The notes below the pieces were generated by a model. The model was not told the DNA's origin, did no database searches, and saw only the letters and a list, made by a program, of their open reading frames with translations. A stretch of DNA of 64,000 nucleotides from Paracoccaceae bacterium (lineage in GTDB: Bacteria; Pseudomonadota; Alphaproteobacteria; JAPKNN01), in the NCBI GenBank assembly GCA_040266715.1, contig JAPKNN010000011.1, positions 2,295 to 66,294 on the forward strand, written 5' to 3'. A program made the translations under genes and the position numbers. Of the stretch, positions 10,124-20,863 are shown piece after piece. Within the stretch, counting starts at the first letter, position 1, and the number at the start of each line of letters is the position of its first letter.

Positions 10124-11101
10124 CTATTTGGATATTACAGATTTTGCGGATTCAAGCATATTTTTATCCAGGCTAACTCCCTGTTTTTTTGCGGCTATTG
10201 TATTGATGTATAATTCTGTTTTTTGGACTGTTTCCGAGTTCATTGAACCAGCCGACTCTCCTTTTAGAATGCGTAATACAAGCTTACCCGTTTGTCTGCC
10301 CACATCGTAATAATTAAATCCTAAAGCGGCTACAGCTCCACGCTCAACCGAAGAAGTATCGCCAGCAATAAGAGGTATACGATTCTCGTTAGCAACTTTT
10401 ACCACAGCTTCAAATGCCGATACTACCGTGTTATCAGTTGGAATGTATATGGCCTCAACATCACCGACTAGGTTGAGTGTTGCCTGCATCACATCAGAAG
10501 ATTTTACAACACTGGTTTTTTTTACAGTCATACCAAAAGCAGGTGCATATTTTTCAATATGCTTGACTAAAGATACAGAATTATCTTCACCTGCATTATA
10601 AACAACCCCTAGATTCTTAACGTGTGGGACCAATTTTTTTACTAATTCCATATGTTTATCAATAGGACTTAAATCACTGACACCAACAACATTTTTTCCC
10701 GCAGCCTGCATTGAAGAAACAATTTTAGCACCAACAGGATCCGTAACAGCGGAAAAAACAATGGGTTTATCTTTAATTGTATTAACTAGAGCTTGGGCGG
10801 AGGGAGTAGCAATGCCTATAACAATGTCGGCATCACTTGCAGCAAATTTTTTTGCAATCTGCGTTGCAGTTGCTGGATTACCTTGGGCGCTTTCATAACG
10901 GTAGGTTAAATTTTTGCCAACCATATATCCCGCCTTATGAAGTTCATCCTTAATTCCATCGCGTACGCTGTCCAATGCAGGATGTTCAACTATGGCTGTA
11001 ACATCAACAATTGCTTTTTGTTCTGCAAAAACGGGTGTGACTAACAATGTTGCACCTGATATCAATAGGCTAAACATCAAACCACTAATTGTTTTAATCA
11101 T
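10124..11101 (-). CDS. ABC transporter substrate-binding protein (COG2984 / ABC_sub_bind family)
   Basis: Signal peptide MIKTISGLMFSLLISGATLLVTPVFA. Periplasmic-binding-fold-like sequence. First gene of the SBP-permease-ATPase operon. Confidence 0.8.
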   Translation of the reverse strand: MIKTISGLMFSLLISGATLLVTPVFAEQKAIVDVTAIVEHPALDSVRDGIKDELHKAGYMVGKNLTYRYESAQGNPATATQIAKKFAASDADIVIGIATPSAQALVNTIKDKPIVFSAVTDPVGAKIVSSMQAAGKNVVGVSDLSPIDKHMELVKKLVPHVKNLGVVYNAGEDNSVSLVKHIEKYAPAFGMTVKKTSVVKSSDVMQATLNLVGDVEAIYIPTDNTVVSAFEAVVKVANENRIPLIAGDTSSVERGAVAALGFNYYDVGRQTGKLVLRILKGESAGSMNSETVQKTELYINTIAAKKQGVSLDKNMLESAKSVISK

Positions 11102-11162
11102 AATAATACTCCTAAGTTAATATGTGACTTTGTAACAAATCTTTAAATTGAGATTAACCCAA

Positions 11163-12728
11163 TTACTTTCCATTATTACACATATCTTGAATAGCTTCAA
11201 TTAAAGAAGCGGTATGTTGAAATTTTTCTCCCAATTGCCTCAGATTGTTGAACTGTTCATGCATGTGTTTAGCAGTTTTTTTGCTTTCTTCTACGCCATT
11301 TTGGTCAAAAGAGTTAATGTTATAGATGCATCCCTCGGCGAAAGTACGATGTTCATTAATTGCCATAATTTTGCCTAATATAAAAGGGGATAAGGTTTTG
11401 TACAATAGCATAACGCAGGGCCGATTACCATCAACACGCTTATACAGAGCGGATGTTTGAGAACCACCAAAAGCAAGTGTCTGAACCTGTGCTAAGGCAT
11501 TAGCCATTAAAAGGGTATGATAATCAGGATAATCATTACACATATTTTCTGCGTGAATATAAAATTCACATGGAATGATTTGATGACCCTGATAAAGATA
11601 TTGAAAAATACTATGTTGCGCCTGCGTTCCTATTTCTCCAAAGATAATACTGCAAGCTGAATGGTGTAGTTCATTGCCATTTTTATCTATTGTTTTTCCG
11701 TTTGACTCCATAACTAGTTGTTGGAGGTAACGTGGCAAGAATTGAAGCCTATCGGAATAGGGCAGTATTATGCGTGTGTTATAGCCACAAAAGGAACGAT
11801 GCCAAATATCAATTAAGGCAAGTATAATAGGAATATTATTTGCTATTGGGGTTGTTTTAAAATGCGTGTCTATGGCATGGGCCCCATCTAAAAACTTTTT
11901 GAAATGTTTTTCACCTATGGCCATCATTAATGTTAGGCCTTGTGATGACCAGATAGAATAACGCCCACCGACCCAATCAAATGAGGTAAAAATATTATCT
12001 GTTCTAATGCCCAAATCTTGGGCTTGCTGTTTTTGTGTATTTGAACATAAGGCTATAATATTCTGCTCAATATTGGCGTTAGGGTAATGCTGATGTAAGA
12101 TTTGCTTTATTGTCCGAGCGTTTTGTAAGGTTTCTAATGTGTGGAAAGTTTTCGATGAAATTACGAACAAGCAAAGCGAAAAATCTAGATTCTGATATAA
12201 ATTTAATAGAGTTGTTGCATCAATATTAGTTAAATAATGTATATGTGGGCCGTTATGATATGGCTTTAAAGCTTCTATTGTCATTTGCGTTGCGATATGC
12301 GATCCCCCAATGCCAATATGCACAATATCGGTAAAAGGTTTGCCGTTGAAACTTTTATAATTCCCCTGTCTTACATCCTGACAAAAACGAGCCATTTGCA
12401 TATAGCTTTTTTTAATTTCGTCACTATGGCTGTGGCTACGCAGAGCGGTATGTAGGGCAGGTAACCCTTCGGATATGTTGACTTTTTTACCATTAAATAG
12501 ATCGTGTATCTTCTCCTCAATACGACAATCCTGCGCTAATTTAATGAGCGTGCTATAACTGTCCTTACAAAGATGTGTTTTGGAAAAATCGCATAATATA
12601 TCACTATCATGCCTTAGAGAAAACTCTTCAAATCGATGAGCATTATTATTAAACAACTCCTTTATAGAAGGAAGGTGTTGCAAATCCAAACTATTAACCG
12701 CCTTATCAAGGAAAGTATTTTCATGCAT
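11163..12728 (-). CDS. pgi: Glucose-6-phosphate isomerase
   Basis: PGI signatures IGIGGSHIA, GGRYSIWSSQGL, ESNGK. Confidence 0.9.
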   Translation of the reverse strand: MHENTFLDKAVNSLDLQHLPSIKELFNNNAHRFEEFSLRHDSDILCDFSKTHLCKDSYSTLIKLAQDCRIEEKIHDLFNGKKVNISEGLPALHTALRSHSHSDEIKKSYMQMARFCQDVRQGNYKSFNGKPFTDIVHIGIGGSHIATQMTIEALKPYHNGPHIHYLTNIDATTLLNLYQNLDFSLCLFVISSKTFHTLETLQNARTIKQILHQHYPNANIEQNIIALCSNTQKQQAQDLGIRTDNIFTSFDWVGGRYSIWSSQGLTLMMAIGEKHFKKFLDGAHAIDTHFKTTPIANNIPIILALIDIWHRSFCGYNTRIILPYSDRLQFLPRYLQQLVMESNGKTIDKNGNELHHSACSIIFGEIGTQAQHSIFQYLYQGHQIIPCEFYIHAENMCNDYPDYHTLLMANALAQVQTLAFGGSQTSALYKRVDGNRPCVMLLYKTLSPFILGKIMAINEHRTFAEGCIYNINSFDQNGVEESKKTAKHMHEQFNNLRQLGEKFQHTASLIEAIQDMCNNGK

Positions 12729-12785
12729 AAAATGTCAAGGAAGTTGTTAATAATGATTGCTTTGGAATTTCTTATACCATAGAAT

Positions 12786-13619
12786 ATGCGCAGTGTAAAA
12801 CAGAAAGGTTACAGGCCCATATTAGCAAGTGAAAAAATGAAAATAGCAACTTGGAACATCAATTCTATCCGTATTCGCCTTGATTCTATCGCCATGTTCG
12901 TTGAAGAAGAGGAGCCTGACTATATATGCCTACAAGAGTTAAAATGTCAAGAGCAGCAATTTCCCTATGAAGAAATAGAAGCGTTAGGATATACTGCCTT
13001 AGTATATGGTCAAAAATCATATAATGGCGTTGCTATATTATCAAAGACACGGCCAGAGGAGGTCCAAAAGGGTATTCCATGTTATGAAGACAGTTCTGCA
13101 CGTTATCTTGAGATGCTCTGCGTAAATAACAATACTGCAATGCGTTTGGTTAGTCTATATGCTCCCAATGGGAATCCCCGTCCTAGTGAAAAATTTTCGT
13201 ATAAATTACATTGGTATAAAAATTTCTTGGAACATGTTAAGAAGCTTCAACAGTATGAAGAGATCATTATTTTGGCTGGTGACTATAATATCATTCCGCG
13301 GGCTTGTGATATTTACGATCCTAAAGCGTGGTGGGGGGATGCTTTATACTGTCCCGAGACTATAGAATTTTATCGCCTCATCACTAAGATGGGGTATGCA
13401 GATGCGTTTATGCTTATGGATGGCTGTGAGCATCAATATAGTATGTGGGAGTATCAAAAAGGTGCTTTTGCAAAGAATAATGGTATGCGTATTGATCATT
13501 TTTTTCTGAACGCAAGAGCAGTTGATAGAATTGAGACAATGTATTTTTATAAAAAAGCGCGTGGCTGGGAAAAGCCATCCGATCATATTCCTGTGGTTTT
13601 GAAATTAAAAGATATATAG
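12786..13619 (+). CDS. xthA: Exodeoxyribonuclease III (AP endonuclease)
   Basis: MKIATWNINSIRIRL...QELK, the EEP-fold Xth N-terminus. The real start is probably the internal Met at about 12837. Confidence 0.85.
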   Translation: MRSVKQKGYRPILASEKMKIATWNINSIRIRLDSIAMFVEEEEPDYICLQELKCQEQQFPYEEIEALGYTALVYGQKSYNGVAILSKTRPEEVQKGIPCYEDSSARYLEMLCVNNNTAMRLVSLYAPNGNPRPSEKFSYKLHWYKNFLEHVKKLQQYEEIIILAGDYNIIPRACDIYDPKAWWGDALYCPETIEFYRLITKMGYADAFMLMDGCEHQYSMWEYQKGAFAKNNGMRIDHFFLNARAVDRIETMYFYKKARGWEKPSDHIPVVLKLKDI

Positions 13620-13640
13620 CCGAACAGGAAGTAAATTCTT

Positions 13641-14294
13641 CTATCGTTTTATGAAGAGGCGAAAAAGTGTTATAAAATAGTTACGTGTATCAAGACTGAT
13701 AAAATGTAGAAGAAGAAAATGACACATCTTTTTAGTTATTTTCCGATGATGATAAAGCCAGCGTATATGTAAGATAGTTTGCTCGCGTAATGAGGTATCT
13801 TTTTGGGGTCCTAGGCAAAAAGCGGAATAGTTTTTCGTACATAGAGTGATTATTTCTTGGTGATGTGCTAAATTTTTTGTAATAGGGATATTGTCTAAAA
13901 ATAGTGGAGAAAAAACATTATACAAAAGAGTATTCCTTTTATCACCGCTTGACAATATATATTCTAGTGCATGGGTGAATATATCACTGTAACGCTTAGT
14001 CAGTTGCTGCTGATTATCATGGTTATTCAGAAGTTTTAGTATGGGTACATTGAGGTTATTGTGACACTCTAAAATACTATTATGCCACCATTTTAAACGA
14101 AAGCTGATAATAGTAGGATCAGCATTAAGTCGCATAATTTTTATAAGCTTGGCATAAAGTGCGTAACTGAGCAAATATTCCTGTGTATACGATTTTGGAG
14201 TAAAAAGAAGGCATAAATATAAAGATATATTGTCGCTTTTCAACTCTTTAAGTACATCCTTAGAAAGGGTATTGTGAGGGTTTTTTTTCATCAA
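13641..14294 (-). CDS. Squalene/phytoene synthase family-like protein, short, apparently lacking the Asp-rich catalytic motif
   Basis: SQS_PSY-like RLKWWHNSILE motif (the RLqWWrd pattern). The region where DDxxD is expected reads MRLNADP. Sits downstream of secF. Confidence 0.5.
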   Translation of the reverse strand: MMKKNPHNTLSKDVLKELKSDNISLYLCLLFTPKSYTQEYLLSYALYAKLIKIMRLNADPTIISFRLKWWHNSILECHNNLNVPILKLLNNHDNQQQLTKRYSDIFTHALEYILSSGDKRNTLLYNVFSPLFLDNIPITKNLAHHQEIITLCTKNYSAFCLGPQKDTSLREQTILHIRWLYHHRKITKKMCHFLLLHFISLDTRNYFITLFRLFIKR

Positions 14295-15192
14295 TTAATG
14301 TGTTTGTGTCAATACCAATAATTTCTAAAAGTGGTGAGGCAAAAAATATTGAAGAATAGGTACCTACAATAACGCCCCATATCATGGCAAACGAAAAACC
14401 TCTTAGTACTTCTCCCCCAAAAATATATAAAACAAATAATGCAAGCAAGGTTGTTAACGAGGTCAGTAAAGTACGTGAAAGTGTTTTGTTAATTGCATTA
14501 TTCATTAATTCAGGAAGTGGCATTTTAAGATATTTTCCTAAATTTTCTCGAATACGGTCGTAGACAACAACGGTGTCATTAAGAGAGTAACCAATAATTG
14601 TTAGAATCGCGGCAATAACCGAAATTGTAAATTCTAATTGTAGTATACTAAACACACCAATTGTTAAAATGACATCATGAGTAAGCGTAACAACAGCACA
14701 GACCCCAAATTGCCATTCAAAGCGTAACCATATATAAATCAATATAGCAAGGATAGCAATTAAAACGGCTAAGGTTCCATGATAGATTAATTCACTACTA
14801 ATGGTTGGTCCAACAACTTCAACGCGTCGGAAAGTATAGGAATCGGATAAGGCAGATTTTATAACCGCAATGGCTTGTTGCTGGGCATTATCGCCACCAA
14901 TCTGTTGTTCTATGCGGATAATGGCTTCTTGCTCATTACCGAAATGCTGAATCTGTGTATCTCCTAAATTGAGATTATTTACGACCTTACGTAATTGTGC
15001 AATATTAACATCACCTTGCTTAGCTTGTACTTGAACAAGTGTTCCACCTTTAAAATCAATCCCATAATTAAGCCCAATAGTAAAAAACAATACTGCCGAT
15101 ACCACCATCAACACAATAGATATGTATAAGGTAATACGTGAATACGACATAAAGGGTATGGGATTTTTAGGAAGAATTTTGTCTATTATCAT
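14260..15192 (-). CDS. secF: Protein translocase subunit SecF
   Basis: Six-TM SecF pattern. Follows secD with a 9-bp gap. Confidence 0.9.
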   Translation of the reverse strand: MIIDKILPKNPIPFMSYSRITLYISIVLMVVSAVLFFTIGLNYGIDFKGGTLVQVQAKQGDVNIAQLRKVVNNLNLGDTQIQHFGNEQEAIIRIEQQIGGDNAQQQAIAVIKSALSDSYTFRRVEVVGPTISSELIYHGTLAVLIAILAILIYIWLRFEWQFGVCAVVTLTHDVILTIGVFSILQLEFTISVIAAILTIIGYSLNDTVVVYDRIRENLGKYLKMPLPELMNNAINKTLSRTLLTSLTTLLALFVLYIFGGEVLRGFSFAMIWGVIVGTYSSIFFASPLLEIIGIDTNTLIDEKKPSQYPF

Positions 15193-15200
15193 AACTCAAT

Positions 15201-16832
15201 TTATAAATGTAATTTTTCAGGACGTCTGATGCGAAACCATGTGACGGTTATATAACGTGTTAACATATAGGCCGTAAATACAGAAGTTATGATACCTATA
15301 CCCAAAGTGATAGCAAATCCACGTACAGGACCAGAACCTAACAATATAAGGGCCATAGCTGCAATAAATGTCGTAATGTTGGCATCCAAAATCGTTGCAA
15401 AGGCGAGGCGATAACCTGAATCCATTGCGACGACGGTTTGCTTATTCATCTTCAATTCTTCTTTTATACGTTCAAAAATCAAAACATTGGCATCAACCGC
15501 CATGCCAACAGTAAGAATGATGCCAGCGATACCAGGTAAAGTGAGCGTAGCTTGTAATAATGATAAAAAACCAATGATTAATGTCAGATTGACAACGAGC
15601 GAAAAAAAGGCAAAAAAGCCAAGTAAACGATAATTGATAATAATAAATATAGCGACACAGAGAAAACTTAATAAGCCTGCAATTTTTCCTGCGGCAATCG
15701 AGTCAGAACCAAGACTGGCTCCAACAGTGCGTTCTTCTAATGTAATGAGTGGAGCTGGTAGAGCCCCCGCACGCAGTAATATTGCAAGTTGATTGGCCTC
15801 TTCTGTGGTAAAATTACCAGATATTACACCGCTACTTGTGATCACGGCTTGAATAGTCGGCGCACTAATTACACGTCCATCCATAACAATGGCCAGCGGC
15901 TTTCCAAGATTTTCTTCTGTTAAACGTCTAAAAATAGTTCCTCCTGCTACATCAAGGCGAAAATTGACAACGATTTCACCGTTACGCTGATCTACTGCAG
16001 CTTGTGCATCAACTAAATGTTGTCCACTTAATTTTGCTCTTTTACGTAAAAGGAGTTTGCGCTTAGAATCTTCTACAAAAGGATAAAGTTGATAACCAGC
16101 AGGTGCTCCTCTTCTTTCGGCTTGTTCTGCTGTTTGTTTAGGATGCGCTGAGTGAAAAGTTAACTTTGCCGTTTTGCCGAGTATGGTCTTAAGCCTATCG
16201 GGGCTTTGTAAACCAGGAACTTGAACAAGAATTCTATCAAACCCATTGCGTTGAATAATAGGTTCGTTGGTACCTAATTCATCAATACGGCGACGTATAA
16301 TTTCTATAGATTGACTTACAGCCTGACTGACTTTGTTATTTAAGGCCAAAGGATTTACATATAATGTAATTTTTTGCTGAGCGGGATTTTGCTCCACCGA
16401 AAACAAGTAAGCTTGGTTTTGCAATACACTTCCCACCCCCGTATCGACTATGGGGATGTTTTCTTGCAAAGCCTCATAGGCCGTGTTAAAAAGGCTAGCT
16501 TTTGCGATTGTAATATTTACAGGAGCTATACCATCTCTTACATCTGTTTTATTAACGCCAAGATTTCTAAAAGCAATTCGTTCTTTTCTAAAAACCGCAC
16601 GGACCTGATCAATTATTTCGTCTTGGATCTCTTCGGCAACAGCTTGTTTATCGACACCCAGTAGAATATGTGATCCCCCTTGTAAATCAAGCCCAAGTTT
16701 AAGCGTTGATTGAGGTAAAATATTTTGGTTTTGCAAAAATGATTCACTAAACAGATTGGGTAGGGAAAAATACACACCTGTTAGGCATACACACAGGATA
16801 ACAAGTTTTTTTAGTAAACTGAATTGTAGCAT
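15201..16832 (-). CDS. secD: Protein translocase subunit SecD
   Basis: Large periplasmic loop plus C-terminal six-TM SecD/SecF domain. Conserved yajC-secD-secF order. Confidence 0.9.
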   Translation of the reverse strand: MLQFSLLKKLVILCVCLTGVYFSLPNLFSESFLQNQNILPQSTLKLGLDLQGGSHILLGVDKQAVAEEIQDEIIDQVRAVFRKERIAFRNLGVNKTDVRDGIAPVNITIAKASLFNTAYEALQENIPIVDTGVGSVLQNQAYLFSVEQNPAQQKITLYVNPLALNNKVSQAVSQSIEIIRRRIDELGTNEPIIQRNGFDRILVQVPGLQSPDRLKTILGKTAKLTFHSAHPKQTAEQAERRGAPAGYQLYPFVEDSKRKLLLRKRAKLSGQHLVDAQAAVDQRNGEIVVNFRLDVAGGTIFRRLTEENLGKPLAIVMDGRVISAPTIQAVITSSGVISGNFTTEEANQLAILLRAGALPAPLITLEERTVGASLGSDSIAAGKIAGLLSFLCVAIFIIINYRLLGFFAFFSLVVNLTLIIGFLSLLQATLTLPGIAGIILTVGMAVDANVLIFERIKEELKMNKQTVVAMDSGYRLAFATILDANITTFIAAMALILLGSGPVRGFAITLGIGIITSVFTAYMLTRYITVTWFRIRRPEKLHL

Positions 16833-16901
16833 GGTTAAAAATTACTGTCCACATTCATAAAAAAATGGACATTTCTCTGTTATTATGCATTAATAATGAC
16901 A

Positions 16902-17324
16902 TTATGATGTGCTTGATTTTTTAGCTGGGGCCCGTTTTTTAGTTGTTGTTTTCTTTTTGGCTTTTTTTACGGGTTCTTCCTCTTCATTATCATCGGAAGG
17001 TAGAGTTTCTGTTTTAGCACGGATCTCCACTATCATCTGACGCTGATGTGTAATACGTATATTTTCTGTAAGCTCAATAATAACATCGCTATCATCTACA
17101 ACACGATGAATTTTGCCGACAAGCCCACCAGAGGTAACGACAATATCTCCCCTACGCAGCGACGAGATAAGCTCCTTATGCATTTTCATTCTTTTGCTTT
17201 GAGGGCGTATGATCAAAAAATACATGACAACAAAAATAAGGGCAAAGGGAACTAATAAACTAAACAAATCTCCCCCAGAGGTAGCCCCAGCTGGAGCTTG
17301 GGCAAAGGCATTATTAATAAACAT
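16902..17324 (-). CDS. yajC: Preprotein translocase subunit YajC
   Basis: Single N-terminal TM, YajC core ...RRGDIVVTSGGLVGKI..., and a lysine-rich C-terminal tail as in alphaproteobacterial YajC. Confidence 0.85.
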   Translation of the reverse strand: MFINNAFAQAPAGATSGGDLFSLLVPFALIFVVMYFLIIRPQSKRMKMHKELISSLRRGDIVVTSGGLVGKIHRVVDDSDVIIELTENIRITHQRQMIVEIRAKTETLPSDDNEEEEPVKKAKKKTTTKKRAPAKKSSTS

Positions 17325-17609
17325 ACAAGATTACTCCATAATTTCTATATACTGTTTGTAAAACAATGAGAATAACAAATATTCACCATTTTTTATCTGG
17401 ATTTTGAATGACACTTCCGCTAGAAGATATGCATTCACTATGTAATGAATGCATGCAGGTGTGCATACACACAGGATTTACAATCATCTAGGACGTCTTA
17501 TCTCATAGAAACTGCAACTTACGTGACCGTACATTACAGTTGAAAATGAGGGAATTTCTGTCTCATAAACGACTATGTAATACTATATAAAGAATAAAAA
17601 AAAAGCAAG

Positions 17610-18488
17610 ATGAAAAAGCAATCTGAGATTTTAAACAAACTGGATGCCATTGCTCGTGTTATTGAAAAATTATCGCCACCATCTGAACCAGTGTGGGATT
17701 TTAGCAAAGCAAATGGTTTTTTATGGCACGCACCTAATGTTTTATACAAGCATGGCTACTGTGAAGCTATTGAGGGTATCCATGCCTTGCCATTGCATTT
17801 GTTTTTTGGTGTCGATAGTGCCATTAAACAGCTTTATACAAACACTAAAAATTTTTGTAAGGGATTGCCTGCAAACAATGTCTTGTTATGGGGGTCGCGT
17901 GGGATGGGAAAGAGCTCGGTTATCAAATCTGTCTATATGGCGCTGGTGGAAGAGGGGTATAGTGCAGTTAAACTTATTGAAATTGAACGAGAGGATATTA
18001 ATAGCCTTCCCGAATTACTGAATATTGTAAAAAAAGAGAAATCATTATATTTTGTTGTGTTTTGTGATGATTTATCATTCGATACGCAGGATAATAGTTA
18101 TAAAGCTTTGAAATCTGTATTGGAGGGAGGTATACAAGGAAGACCTGATAATTGCATATTTTATGCCACATCTAATCGGCGTCATTTAATGTCAAGGCAA
18201 AGTATTGAGAATGAAATGGAGACAGCACAATTTAGTCATGAAACGGTAGAAGAAAAACTCTCTTTATCCGATCGATTTGGTGTGTGGATAGGGTTTCATA
18301 AATGTAATCAAGATAATTTTTTAGCTATGGTCAAGGGCTATAAAGAATATTATAACATACCAATAACAGATGCAAAGCTAAAAGAGCAGGCTATAGAATG
18401 GTCTATGATGCGTGGGGGGCGTTCTGGGCGCGTTGCATGGCAGTTTACACAACACATGCTGGGGCAGACAGGTGTACGTATAAAATAA
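17610..18488 (+). CDS. DUF815-type P-loop ATPase (AAA-like ATP-binding protein)
   Basis: Walker A LLWGSRGMGKSSV, Walker B-like VVFCDDLSFD. Confidence 0.6.
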   Translation: MKKQSEILNKLDAIARVIEKLSPPSEPVWDFSKANGFLWHAPNVLYKHGYCEAIEGIHALPLHLFFGVDSAIKQLYTNTKNFCKGLPANNVLLWGSRGMGKSSVIKSVYMALVEEGYSAVKLIEIEREDINSLPELLNIVKKEKSLYFVVFCDDLSFDTQDNSYKALKSVLEGGIQGRPDNCIFYATSNRRHLMSRQSIENEMETAQFSHETVEEKLSLSDRFGVWIGFHKCNQDNFLAMVKGYKEYYNIPITDAKLKEQAIEWSMMRGGRSGRVAWQFTQHMLGQTGVRIK

Positions 18489-18575
18489 TACAAGCCATCC
18501 GCTAACAATGAAAATAACAGTATACTGATAGCCGATCATTATGGATTCACAAGAAGTATAGAGTAGGGACAGGAT

Positions 18576-19400
18576 ATGTCACACGATAGATATGATATCA
18601 ATAAATTAGCTTTTTGGATTTCTCAAGAAAATATATGCCCCTATCTTAAAGACAGAAAAAGCCGTATTATCGGAATAAACACCCATGATATGAGTGCAGA
18701 GATGCATAGTTTTCTTTCTTGTCAACATGGGTTTCGGCGTAGTCGTGATGTCTTGTACAATAATGCGTGTCAAGATTGCCAAGAATGTATATCTGTACGT
18801 ATTGATGTGGAGAATTTTGTTTATACAAAAAGTTGGAAGCGCGTTCTTAAAAAAAATAGCAATGCCTATTATCAGCTATCTACATTAGAGGCAACGGATG
18901 AGCAATTTTATCTTTTGCAAGATTATTTACAGTTTCGCCATAATGAAAGTGATATGAATGGCATGAATTTTGATGATTATGCAAGGATGGTTGAAAATAC
19001 GGGGGTAGAAACACAGATATTTGAATATCGAAAGCATAGCGATAACAGGCTTGTTGGTGTTATGATAGCGGATGTTTTTCATGATGGATTGTCATTGGTA
19101 TATAGCTATTATAGTTCAGATGCGGCCAAGCAAGGTATAGGAAATTTTCTTGTTTTATCAATGATTGAATATGCACGTAAACAGGCCATTACCTATGTGT
19201 ATCCTGGCTATTATATACGCGGCAATCAGAGTATGCGGCATAAGGCACGTTATCAGAATTTGCAACGATTAGACGGTGGAATATGGAAGGAATTTACCCC
19301 TGCATCAAATAGCGATGATCAAAAATATACTCATATAGACGCATATACGAATAGCGACTGCATATTTGACTATGATGACGATTATGATGAAGAAATGTGA
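18576..19400 (+). CDS. bpt: Arginyl-tRNA-protein transferase-like aspartate/glutamate leucyltransferase (Bpt; N-end rule)
   Basis: N-terminal Cys cluster with CPYL (ENICPYLKDRK) of the ATE_N domain. Acyltransferase-like ATE_C region. Size about 270 aa. Confidence 0.65.
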   Translation: MSHDRYDINKLAFWISQENICPYLKDRKSRIIGINTHDMSAEMHSFLSCQHGFRRSRDVLYNNACQDCQECISVRIDVENFVYTKSWKRVLKKNSNAYYQLSTLEATDEQFYLLQDYLQFRHNESDMNGMNFDDYARMVENTGVETQIFEYRKHSDNRLVGVMIADVFHDGLSLVYSYYSSDAAKQGIGNFLVLSMIEYARKQAITYVYPGYYIRGNQSMRHKARYQNLQRLDGGIWKEFTPASNSDDQKYTHIDAYTNSDCIFDYDDDYDEEM

Positions 19401-19861
19401 GTGTTAGGGGTATAAATATGTTGGGCGCGGTTTTTGAAAACTGTAATATAATCATGAAAAAAATTTCTAATGAACCCATCTATAATCCGTTTTTTTAAAA
19501 AGGAATGGCAGGTATAGGTAAGCGTAAATTGGCAAAGGCTTTCCTGTGTAGAAATGTCATAGAAGCTCCAGCGTGCAGAAAAATCTGTAAGGGATTTTTT
19601 TTGATAATTAATTGTAATTGTCAATTTGTGGTAATCGGGCACGATAAGACATGGTATACTTTCAGAAAGAAAGCCATAACCGACATCCATGCATGCAGAA
19701 ATTGTGCCGCTTTCGGTATCAACGCCATCAATATGCATAGCACGACAATAAGGAATAAATTGAGGGTAGGCTTGAATATCCAATACCATATCAAACATTT
19801 GTTGTGCTGAGAAAGCAAGTTTTTCCTCGTGAGTAATATGCATCGTTAATTGTTCTAGCAA
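19382..19861 (-). CDS. ratA: SRPBCC / RatA-family (CoQ-binding COQ10-like, polyketide cyclase fold) protein
   Basis: About 150-aa START/Bet-v1-like protein directly downstream of lipA, a conserved lipA-ratA pairing. Confidence 0.7.
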   Translation of the reverse strand: MLEQLTMHITHEEKLAFSAQQMFDMVLDIQAYPQFIPYCRAMHIDGVDTESGTISACMDVGYGFLSESIPCLIVPDYHKLTITINYQKKSLTDFSARWSFYDISTQESLCQFTLTYTCHSFLKKRIIDGFIRNFFHDYITVFKNRAQHIYTPNTHISSS

Positions 19862-20856
19862 GAAGGGGGCAAGGAATTAAACATCTGATGACGCTTCTTA
19901 ACAAGTTCAGCAAAATCGGCATCGGCATGATATGAGGAGCGTGTAAGTGGGGTAGAGCTTACTTGTAAAAAACCCTTAGCATAGGCAATTTTTTCAAATT
20001 CTTCAAATTCCTTTGGGTTTACATATCGTTTCAATGGATGATGCTTACGCGTTGGTTGTAGATATTGACCGATTGTTAAAAAATCAACATCCGCGCATCT
20101 CAGATCATCCATAACTTGCATGATTTCTTCTTTTGTTTCGCCCATTCCTACCATTAGCCCTGACTTGGTAAAAATAAGGGGATCATATTCTTTTGCCTGT
20201 TGAAGCAGACGCAGGGAATGGTAATAACGTGCTCCAGGTCTGACAGATAAATATAAGGAAGGAACCGTTTCTAAATTATGATTAAATACATCTGGTTTGG
20301 CCTTTACAACGGGTAAAAGGGCGTTTCCCTTACGGAAGAAATCAGGCGTGAGTACCTCAACAGTTGTTTGCGGACATAATGCCTTTATCTGCGTAATAGT
20401 ATCGGCAATATGCTGCGCACCGCCATCAGGAAGGTCATCTCTATCGACAGATGTAACAACGACATGCTTTAATCCTAATTGTTGTGTTGCCTTTGCTGTT
20501 TTAAGCGGTTCCTCAGGATCTAAGGCCAGAGGAACACCCGTACGGACATTGCAAAACGCACAAGCGCGCGTGCAAATATCGCCCATAATAAGAAAAGTCG
20601 CATGATTTTGTGACCAACATTCACCAATATTGGGACAAGAGGCTTCCTCACATACTGTATGCAAGCCTTTTTCCTGCATGATTTTTTTTGTTCTCAAATA
20701 TTCGGTATTATGACTTATCTTTACCCGTATCCAATCGGGTTTGCGCAGGATATCGGAATCTTGTTTAAGGCGTTTTTCTGGATGCCGAGGGCGATTATAA
20801 TCGCCAGCTAGAGCTTTTGTTTTACGTGTTGAAATTGTATCAAGAAGTGTAACCAT
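19855..20856 (-). CDS. lipA: Lipoyl synthase
   Basis: Two Cys clusters, [12 protein letters not shown] and [10 protein letters not shown] (radical SAM CxxxCxxC). Confidence 0.95.
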   Translation of the reverse strand: MVTLLDTISTRKTKALAGDYNRPRHPEKRLKQDSDILRKPDWIRVKISHNTEYLRTKKIMQEKGLHTVCEEASCPNIGECWSQNHATFLIMGDICTRACAFCNVRTGVPLALDPEEPLKTAKATQQLGLKHVVVTSVDRDDLPDGGAQHIADTITQIKALCPQTTVEVLTPDFFRKGNALLPVVKAKPDVFNHNLETVPSLYLSVRPGARYYHSLRLLQQAKEYDPLIFTKSGLMVGMGETKEEIMQVMDDLRCADVDFLTIGQYLQPTRKHHPLKRYVNPKEFEEFEKIAYAKGFLQVSSTPLTRSSYHADADFAELVKKRHQMFNSLPPSC

Positions 20857-20863
20857 TATAAAA

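Noticed and set aside
19382-19861. RatA named as a type II toxin
   Set aside because: RatA/SRPBCC proteins next to lipA are conserved housekeeping (ribosome-associated / CoQ-binding-like). There is no antitoxin partner, so this is not a TA module.
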